Below the pieces are notes generated by a model. The model worked only from the letters and a program-made list of their open reading frames with translations, did no database searches and had not been told where the DNA came from. From Candidatus Jorgensenbacteria bacterium GW2011_GWA1_48_11 (GTDB lineage Bacteria > Patescibacteriota > Minisyncoccia > UBA6257 > GWB1-50-10), in contig LCPF01000001.1 of the NCBI GenBank assembly GCA_001003475.1, forward strand, positions 328,549-392,548: DNA of 64,000 nt, given 5' to 3'. The translations under genes were made by a program, and so were the position numbers. Shown here in pieces: positions 57,085-64,000 of this stretch (its first letter is position 1; each line of letters opens with the position of its first letter).

Positions 57085-59601
57085 ATGCAAGATAAAATCA
57101 TTATAAAAGGAGCAAGAGAACATAACCTGAAAAATATAAATCTCGAGATCCCGCGCGATAAGATGGTGATTTTTACGGGTCTTTCCGGTTCGGGCAAGTC
57201 TTCTTTGGCCTTCGACACGATTTTTGCCGAAGGCCAGCGCCGCTATATCGAGTCGCTCTCGGCTTATGCCCGGCAGTTTTTGGGCCGGCTCGACAAGCCG
57301 GACGTGGATGAGATTGACGGCTTATCGCCCGCGATCTCGATTGACCAAAAAAGCCATTCTTCGAACCCGCGCTCGACCGTGGCGACGATCACGGAAATCT
57401 ACGATTATCTGCGGGTGCTTTTTGCCCGGGCCGGCAAGCCGCATTGCCCGATTTGCGGTCTCGAGATTAAAAAAATGACGAATGAGGAGATAGTGGACGT
57501 CGCCACCGAGGTGTACAAAGAAAATGTTTCCCGGAAAAACATGGTGGTTTTGGCGCCGGTCGTGCGCGGCCGCAAAGGCGAGTATTACCAGATGCTTTAC
57601 GATTTTTTGGGCGCCGGGTTTTCCGAAGTGCGGGTGGACGGCATTTTCATGTCGTTGCGCGACCGAATCGAGCTCAGCCGTTACAAGATCCACAGCATTG
57701 ATTTGGTCGTGGATCGGTTGCCGGCCGGACTTGATTTCGGGACCAAGGAAAACCGTTTGCGTTTGGCCGAAGCCGTGGAGACGGGGTTGAAATATGGCCA
57801 CGACGTCGTGACCCTGATTACCGACAAAGAAACCTCCCTTTCGGCCAAATTCACCTGCCCCCACGACGGTTTTTCTTTTCCGGAGATCGAGCCGCGGCTT
57901 TTCTCTTTCAATAGTCCCTACGGGGCGTGCCCGGCCTGCAACGGCTTGGGTACGGAAACCGTCTGGTCGGAAAAGATCTGCCCGGTTTGTTTGGGAAAAA
58001 GATTGCGGCCTGAAGCCCTGAACGTCCTCATTAATAAGAAGAACATCGCGGCGACCACGGCTTTTTCCATCGCCGAGGCTTATGATTTTTTCAACAAGCT
58101 GGAATTGACCGGCAAAAACACTTTTAAGGAGATTTCGGAAGTGCCTTTGCGCGAGATTAAGAACCGTTTGAAATTCATGATCGACGTCGGTTTGGATTAT
58201 TTGACCCTGGCCCGCAAGGCCGGCACCCTTTCGGGCGGCGAAGCCCAGCGTATCAGGCTGGCTTCCCAGATCGGTTCGCGCTTGACCGGCACCCTATATA
58301 TCCTGGACGAACCGACGATCGGTCTCCACCAGCGGGATAACGCCAAATTGATCCGGACGCTTCATGATTTGCGCGATTTGGGCAATACCGTGATTGTCGT
58401 GGAGCATGACGAGGAGACCATCTGTTCCGGCGATTATCTGGTGGACATCGGCCCGGCGGCCGGGGTCCACGGCGGAAAAATCGTGGCGTACGGCAAAATG
58501 CCGGAGATTATAAAAGACAAAAACCAAAATTCGCTTACCCTGGAATACCTCCGTGGCAAGCGTTTTATTGAAGTGCCGTCACGTAGGCGGAAAGTGACGA
58601 AAGACCACGATTTTTTGAAGATCAAGGGCGCCGCCGAAAATAATCTTCAGAACATCGACGTCAACGTTCCTTTGCGGCGGTTCACGGCCGTGACCGGCGT
58701 TTCCGGCTCGGGCAAAAGCACTTTGGTTTACGACGTGCTCTATAAGACTTTGGCCAATAAATTCAACGGCGCGGCTTACAAGGCCGGTGTTCATAAAACC
58801 ATGACCGGTCTCGAATACGTCAATCGGGTGGTGAATATTGACCAGTCTCCGATCGGCCGCACGCCCCGTTCCAATCCAGCGACCTATGTCGGCGCCTGGA
58901 CCTTCATTCGGGATCTGTTTGCTTCGACTGAAGACGCCCGCGTCCGCGGCTATAAGCCCGGCCGGTTCAGTTTCAACGTCAAGGGCGGCCGCTGCGAAAA
59001 CTGCGAAGGCCACGGCTTGATTGCGATCGAGATGCATTTCCTGCCCACGGTTTACGTGGTTTGCGACATTTGCAAAGGCAAGCGTTTCGACCGGGAAACC
59101 TTGGCCGTGGAATACAAAGGCAAAAATATTTATGACGTGCTTCAAATGACGGTTGAGGAAGCGGTTAGTTTTTTCGAGGACATTCCCTGGCTGCATGACC
59201 GGCTGCGGGTTTTGAACGAAGTGGGCTTGGGCTATCTGGAACTCGGCCAGTCGGCCACGACCCTCTCCGGCGGCGAAGCCCAGCGTATTAAGCTTACGGC
59301 CGAGCTCGGCAAGCGCGACACCCGAAAAACGATCTATCTTTTGGATGAACCGACGACGGGCCTTCATTTCGCCGACGTGGACAATTTATTGAACGTTTTG
59401 AACCGGCTCGTGGAGCGGGGGAATACAATTGTCGTGATCGAGCATAATTTGGACGTGATCAAAACCGCGGATTGGGTGATCGATCTGGGGCCCGAGGGCG
59501 GGGACAAGGGTGGCCGGATCGTGGCCCAAGGTACGCCCGAGGACATTTCCAAAAAAAACGGCAGCTTTACGGCCGAATATTTGAGGAAAGTTCTAAAATA
59601 A
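57085..59601 (+). CDS. uvrA: Excinuclease ABC subunit A
   Basis: [16 protein letters not shown], Zn fingers, two LSGGE and DEPT motifs. Confidence 0.98.
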   Translation: MQDKIIIKGAREHNLKNINLEIPRDKMVIFTGLSGSGKSSLAFDTIFAEGQRRYIESLSAYARQFLGRLDKPDVDEIDGLSPAISIDQKSHSSNPRSTVATITEIYDYLRVLFARAGKPHCPICGLEIKKMTNEEIVDVATEVYKENVSRKNMVVLAPVVRGRKGEYYQMLYDFLGAGFSEVRVDGIFMSLRDRIELSRYKIHSIDLVVDRLPAGLDFGTKENRLRLAEAVETGLKYGHDVVTLITDKETSLSAKFTCPHDGFSFPEIEPRLFSFNSPYGACPACNGLGTETVWSEKICPVCLGKRLRPEALNVLINKKNIAATTAFSIAEAYDFFNKLELTGKNTFKEISEVPLREIKNRLKFMIDVGLDYLTLARKAGTLSGGEAQRIRLASQIGSRLTGTLYILDEPTIGLHQRDNAKLIRTLHDLRDLGNTVIVVEHDEETICSGDYLVDIGPAAGVHGGKIVAYGKMPEIIKDKNQNSLTLEYLRGKRFIEVPSRRRKVTKDHDFLKIKGAAENNLQNIDVNVPLRRFTAVTGVSGSGKSTLVYDVLYKTLANKFNGAAYKAGVHKTMTGLEYVNRVVNIDQSPIGRTPRSNPATYVGAWTFIRDLFASTEDARVRGYKPGRFSFNVKGGRCENCEGHGLIAIEMHFLPTVYVVCDICKGKRFDRETLAVEYKGKNIYDVLQMTVEEAVSFFEDIPWLHDRLRVLNEVGLGYLELGQSATTLSGGEAQRIKLTAELGKRDTRKTIYLLDEPTTGLHFADVDNLLNVLNRLVERGNTIVVIEHNLDVIKTADWVIDLGPEGGDKGGRIVAQGTPEDISKKNGSFTAEYLRKVLK

Positions 59602-59602
59602 T

Positions 59603-59736
59603 CCCTCACCCTTCAAAGATAAGAAGCTTAATCGATAAACCGATTTATGAACTCATTAGAAAACAATATTAGTCTAAAAAGGTCTTTATTGATCAAAGAT
59701 TACTTCCTTAGAAGTGTAATCTTTGAAGGGTGAGGG
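59603..59736. mobile_element. MITE-like element with 18-bp TIR at the uvrA/uvrC junction
   Basis: AT-CCCTCACCCTTCAAAGAT..ATCTTTGAAGGGTGAGGG-AT; removal restores TAATG stop/start overlap. Confidence 0.85.
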
Positions 59737-61098
59737 ATGGAAAAGCTTTATAAAAATTTGCCTGAGACGCCCGGCGTTTATCTGATGAAAGACGCCGCCG
59801 GCCGGATTTTATACGTCGGCAAGGCCGTCAATCTGCGGCGGCGGGTGGCGAGTTATTTCACGTTTACCCGCCGAAGCGAAGGCGAAGGAGGGCGGTCCCC
59901 CGCCGTCGCTTACGCTTTGGCGGGCAAGCATGATTTGCGCTTGGAAAAATTGGTCCGGGAGATAAAAAAAATAGATCTTAAGAAAACCGATACGGCTTTG
60001 GAAGCATTGATTCTGGAGTCGGCGCTCATAAAAAAACACCAGCCGCCCTGGAATATCCGGGAAAAGGACGATACGAGTTTCCTCTATGTCGGCATCACTG
60101 ATGATTATTTCCCGAGAGTAATTTTGGTACGAGGTAAGGTTATAAAAGGGAAGGCGCTTGCCCCGTCACTAACCGAGCGCTACCAAAATCGCTTCGCGCG
60201 GAAGCGCGAAGAGCGCGGTGCTCGGTTTAGTGCGGGGTTCGGGCCGTATACTTCAGCTTCGGATATCCGGGAGGCCCTAAGGATCATCCGCCGGATTTTT
60301 CCCTTTAGTACTCATTCGGCCGAAGCCATCGGTAAATTTAAAAGACCTTGCTTTGACTATCAGTTGGGTTTGTGCCCGGGTACTTGTATCGGCATCATTG
60401 ACCGTGGGGATTATCTCAAGAACATCAAAAACATAATTTTGCTTTTCCAGGGTAAAAAAAAGGAAATTTTGAAAAATCTTCAGTCGGCCATGAAATCGGC
60501 TAGCAAAAAGCTGGAATTCGAAAAAGCCGGGAAAATCCGCCGTCAGATCTTCGCCTTGCAGCATATTCAGGATACTGCGCTCATCACGGATGGGCGAATT
60601 CAAAATTTAAAATTTAAAATTCAAAATTCCTTCCGGATTGAAGGGTATGACATATCGAATATTTCGGGGCTCTCGGCCGTGGGGAGCATGGTGGTTTTTT
60701 CCGCCCAAGGCGGACCAGCCTCGGGCAGGATATTAAAGCCGGACAAAAACCAATATCGGAAATTCAAAATCGGCACGGTTTTTGGCTCTAATGACACGGC
60801 TATGCTTGCGGAAATGCTGGGTCGCCGGTTGAACCACCGCGAATGGCCCTTGCCGGATCTGTTCCTGATCGACGGCGGCAAGCCCCAAGTGAACGCCGTT
60901 CGCTCGGTTTTGGACGAATTTGGATTGCAACTGCCCGTCGTGGGCATTGCGAAGGGCGCAAAGAGGAAGAAAAACGAATTTATCGGTCCGGTGCCGAAAG
61001 AAATCGGTGAAAAAACCCTGATTCAGGTTCGGGATGAAGCTCATCGTTTCGCCGTGAGTTATCACAAAAAATTAAGAAGTTATAGCTCTCTGTTATAA
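59737..61098 (+). CDS. uvrC: Excinuclease ABC subunit C (short form, with in-frame repeat insertions)
   Basis: GIY-YIG (GVY..YVGKA), FGPY, UVR domain, IEGYDIS, LIDGG..Q, RDEAHRFA. Confidence 0.95.
   Translation: MEKLYKNLPETPGVYLMKDAAGRILYVGKAVNLRRRVASYFTFTRRSEGEGGRSPAVAYALAGKHDLRLEKLVREIKKIDLKKTDTALEALILESALIKKHQPPWNIREKDDTSFLYVGITDDYFPRVILVRGKVIKGKALAPSLTERYQNRFARKREERGARFSAGFGPYTSASDIREALRIIRRIFPFSTHSAEAIGKFKRPCFDYQLGLCPGTCIGIIDRGDYLKNIKNIILLFQGKKKEILKNLQSAMKSASKKLEFEKAGKIRRQIFALQHIQDTALITDGRIQNLKFKIQNSFRIEGYDISNISGLSAVGSMVVFSAQGGPASGRILKPDKNQYRKFKIGTVFGSNDTAMLAEMLGRRLNHREWPLPDLFLIDGGKPQVNAVRSVLDEFGLQLPVVGIAKGAKRKKNEFIGPVPKEIGEKTLIQVRDEAHRFAVSYHKKLRSYSSLL
60157..60237. mobile_element. Hairpin element copy 3, in frame in uvrC (27 codons)
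   Basis: CTTGCCCCGTCACT..AGTGCGGGG adds LAPSLTERYQNRFARKREERGARFSAG before FGPY. Confidence 0.85.
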
Positions 61099-61105
61099 TT
61101 AGGAA

Positions 61106-62743
61106 ATGCTTGCAGGCGAAATTAAGAAGTTTTTCAGCGGCGACGTTTCAAACGACGAGAAAACCCTAAATCTTTACAGCGAGGACTATTCAATTTTTAA
61201 GGTCAGGCCCGAGGTCGTGGTTTTTCCCAAAAACGCCGAAGATTTGAAAAAACTTGTCAAATTCGCCGCAGAGAAAGCCAAAACCGGAGAAAAAGTATCC
61301 CTGACCGGCCGGGCGGCCGGCACGGACATGAGCGGCGGTCCTTTGAACGATTCGATCATCGTTTCTTTCACCAAATATTTCAACCATATCAGGGAAATCG
61401 GCAAGGATTACGCCGTGGTCGAGCCGGGCGTTTATTTTCGGGATTTTGAAAAAGAACTCGCGAAGCGGGAGTTGCTCTACCCGCCTTATCCGGCCTCGAA
61501 AGACTTGTGCGCTTTAGGCGGCATGATCAATAATAATTCCGGCGGCGAAAAAACCCTCTTCTACGGCAAAACCGAAGATTATGTGGAGGGTATTGATATT
61601 GTTTTGGCCGACGGCGAAGAGCATCGTTTCGAGCCTCTCGAAGGCGAAGAACTACGGGCCAAGCTCAGGAAAAAAAGTTTTGAAGGCGACATTTACCGCC
61701 AACTTTACAAGCTCATCGAAGACAATTACGAAATGATCCAAAAGGCCAAGCCGGGGGTTTCCAAGAACTCGGCTGGCTATTATTTATGGAACGTTTGGGA
61801 CAGGAAAACCTTTGATATCACGAAGTTGCTCGTGGGCTCCCAGGGTACGCTGGGGCTTTTAACCGCGGCCCGTCTGAAGCTTGTGCCGGCAAAGAGATAT
61901 TCGAGGCTCGTCGTGGTTTTTAGCAAAAGCCTTGCGCCAATTCCAGATTTGGTCAGGGATTTGCTAAAAATGGATCCGGAAAGCATCGAATCTTATGACG
62001 ATAAGACTTTCGGTTTGGCACTGAGATTTTTCCCGGCCATGTTGAAGCTGATGAAAGGAGATGTTTTTAAATTGGCTTTCAGGTTCCTGCCGGAGCTTTG
62101 GATGTTCATCCGCGGCGGCAATCCCAAGATGGTGCTTTTAATATCGCTCACGGCGGACAACGAAAAGGATTTGGAGGAAAAAGCCGCCGCCGCCACAGTC
62201 GTCGCCAAAAAATACCCGGTTCTGGCGCGGAACGTTAAAAACGATGCCGAAGCCCAGGAATATTGGACGATCCGGCGGCAGAGTTTCAACCTTCTCCACA
62301 GTCACGTCAAGGGCCTTTACGCCGCGGCTTTCATAGACGACATTATCGTGGACCCGAAATACATGCCCGAGTTTTTGCCGCAAGTGAACGCGATTCTGGA
62401 TAAATACAAAAAACAGCTGATTTACACCATTGCCGGCCATCCGGGCAACGGCAATTTCCACATCATCCCGCTCGTGAAGCTCAGCGATCCGGAGACGAGA
62501 AGGATTATTCCGATCGTGACCGAAGAGATCTACCAATTGGTTTTCAAATATCACGGCTCGATTACGGCTGAACACAACGACGGCCTGATTCGGACGCCTT
62601 ATTTGGCGGAAATGTACGGCGATAAGATCGTCGCTTTATTCGAAAAGGTCAAGAATATTTTCGATCCCCTGAATATCATGAATCCCGGAAAAAAGGTTTT
62701 TGCCGGCCTGAATTATTCCCTGGATCACATCAAAAACGCCTGA
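61106..62743 (+). CDS. FAD-binding oxidoreductase (GlcD/D-lactate dehydrogenase family)
   Basis: GRAAGT..SG, PAS....LGGM..NN, GSQGTLG, GH.G.GN.H, AEH.DG, FDP..IMNPGK. Confidence 0.9.
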   Translation: MLAGEIKKFFSGDVSNDEKTLNLYSEDYSIFKVRPEVVVFPKNAEDLKKLVKFAAEKAKTGEKVSLTGRAAGTDMSGGPLNDSIIVSFTKYFNHIREIGKDYAVVEPGVYFRDFEKELAKRELLYPPYPASKDLCALGGMINNNSGGEKTLFYGKTEDYVEGIDIVLADGEEHRFEPLEGEELRAKLRKKSFEGDIYRQLYKLIEDNYEMIQKAKPGVSKNSAGYYLWNVWDRKTFDITKLLVGSQGTLGLLTAARLKLVPAKRYSRLVVVFSKSLAPIPDLVRDLLKMDPESIESYDDKTFGLALRFFPAMLKLMKGDVFKLAFRFLPELWMFIRGGNPKMVLLISLTADNEKDLEEKAAAATVVAKKYPVLARNVKNDAEAQEYWTIRRQSFNLLHSHVKGLYAAAFIDDIIVDPKYMPEFLPQVNAILDKYKKQLIYTIAGHPGNGNFHIIPLVKLSDPETRRIIPIVTEEIYQLVFKYHGSITAEHNDGLIRTPYLAEMYGDKIVALFEKVKNIFDPLNIMNPGKKVFAGLNYSLDHIKNA

Positions 62744-62745
62744 AC

Positions 62746-63681
62746 ATGACGGATTTTATTTTACTCATTTTATCGTTGTTCATCGTCGTGAAGAGCGCCC
62801 AGTTTGCCGTCCGTTACTCCTCGCGGATTGGAAGGAGTTTTCAAATCACCGAATACATCATTGGTTTTCTGGTCGTGGCCGTCATCTCCATACTGCCGGA
62901 AGCGTTCATTTCGATCATCTCCGCCCTCAAGGGCGTTCCCGAATTCGGGTTGAGCGTTCTCTTCGGTTCCAACGTGGCTGATTTGGCTTTGGTTTTCGCC
63001 ATCGTCGTTTTAGCTTCGCGACATAAAGGACTGCGGGTGCAAAGCAGCGTTTTGAAGGAAAGTAGCTTTTTTCTTTATCTTCTGGCGTTGCCGATCGCGT
63101 TGGGACTGAACGGCTATTATTCGCGTCTCGACGGGTTTATTTTGGTGTCGGCCGGCATCTTTTTCTACCTTCGGCTTTTGAGAAATGATCACAAGTTTCT
63201 AGCTGGCAATCGCGGCTTGAGGCCGCCGCAAAATTTTTCGAACTTTGTTTTTCTATTGATCAGTTTGGGAGTGATGCTTTTTGGCGCCTATCTCACCGTT
63301 CGCTTCGGCAACTCGTTAGCCCGCGTTATCGCCATTAATCCGGCTTTCATCGGCTTGCTTTTTGTCGGGTTAAGCACGACCATGCCCGAACTTTTCTTTT
63401 CGCTCCGGGCATCCCGCGTGCGGCACGACGAACTGGCCTTGGGCGACATTTTGGGAACGGTTATCAGCGACGCCGTCATCGTGGTGGGCGTGATGGCGTT
63501 GATCCATCCTTTCGACTTTAACCCGCGCATCGTCTACGTCACCGGCATTTTCATGCTTTTGGCCGGTTTGATTCTGTTCCGTTTCATGAAAACCGGCCGC
63601 TTGATCACGAAAAGAGAAGGCGTGGCATTGCTCGCTTTTTATTTGATTTTCATAATCGTTGAATATATTTTCAACCATTAA
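62746..63681 (+). CDS. Na+/Ca2+ antiporter (CaCA family)
   Basis: Two repeats: LPE..GSN and TT.PE..LG. Confidence 0.88.
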   Translation: MTDFILLILSLFIVVKSAQFAVRYSSRIGRSFQITEYIIGFLVVAVISILPEAFISIISALKGVPEFGLSVLFGSNVADLALVFAIVVLASRHKGLRVQSSVLKESSFFLYLLALPIALGLNGYYSRLDGFILVSAGIFFYLRLLRNDHKFLAGNRGLRPPQNFSNFVFLLISLGVMLFGAYLTVRFGNSLARVIAINPAFIGLLFVGLSTTMPELFFSLRASRVRHDELALGDILGTVISDAVIVVGVMALIHPFDFNPRIVYVTGIFMLLAGLILFRFMKTGRLITKREGVALLAFYLIFIIVEYIFNH

Positions 63682-63704
63682 CCATTCTCTGCTGTTTGGC
63701 CGTT

Positions 63705-64000
63705 ATGTTTCAGGTAATAAAATCCGCCGATGATTCAAGGGCTCGTTTGGGTTTGTTAAAGATTGGACACGGCGTTGTGGAAACGCCGGCTTACGTGGTT
63801 GTCGGCACCCACGCCGCCGTGCGGACTTTGGCGCCGGCGGATCTGGTCGCCACGAAGATCCAGGTCGTTATCGCGAACACCTATCATCTTTGGCGGACAT
63901 TGGGAGATGAGCTCGATCGTTTCGAGGGCTTGCATAAGAAAATGGATTGGCCGGGACCGATCATGACCGACAGCGGCGGGTTTCAAGTTTTTAGTTTGGG
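63705..64000 (+). CDS. tgt: Queuine tRNA-ribosyltransferase (3'-truncated by window edge)
   Basis: AR.G....HG.VETP..VGT, ANTYHL, GLH, MTDSGGFQVFSL. Confidence 0.95.
   Translation, partial: MFQVIKSADDSRARLGLLKIGHGVVETPAYVVVGTHAAVRTLAPADLVATKIQVVIANTYHLWRTLGDELDRFEGLHKKMDWPGPIMTDSGGFQVFSL

Noticed and set aside
1-64000. CRISPR array or integron
   Set aside because: No regularly spaced direct repeats, no cas operon, no integrase seen.
1-64000. Alternative genetic code (TGA=Gly)
   Set aside because: Conserved genes such as dinB and eno end at TGA, and long genes have no internal TGA.

Overview
A 64-kb bacterial chromosome segment in standard code 11 (TGA is used as stop). Gene content and style (DUF5652/5671/5676-like proteins, Cys-rich repeat protein, sparse metabolism) suggest Patescibacteria/Parcubacteria (CPR); this is inference. 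Core genes: ftsZ (3' end), class II RNR nrdJ, tRNA-Lys(UUU), tRNA-Asn(GUU) split by a 189-nt group I intron, Trx/DsbB/MsrB, glycerate kinase, ppsA, dinB, D-2-hydroxyacid dehydrogenase, enolase, a thiol/copper cluster (csoR, CopB-type ATPase), a MacAB-type exporter, uvrB-uvrA-uvrC and tgt (5' end). There are two AT-rich islands. One is a defence island (type IIG R-M, orphan MTase, DGQHR protein, Doc-type TA). The other is an unexplained five-enzyme operon (transaldolase-like, SAM MTase, 2-PG-kinase-like, nucleotidyltransferase, polyprenyl synthase) followed by a GT4. The most striking signal is a set of small hairpin/TIR elements. Some sit in frame inside proteins. Others sit between an orphaned gene terminus and a synonymously recoded functional copy (uvrB 3' end, uvrA 5' end, Cys-rich gene 5' end). 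Also seen: -10 boxes 6-7 nt before ATG on core genes versus SD-led GC-rich orphans, a candidate ~300-nt structured ncRNA and an unannotated acidic repeat peptide. All calls come from reading motifs by eye; no searches were run.
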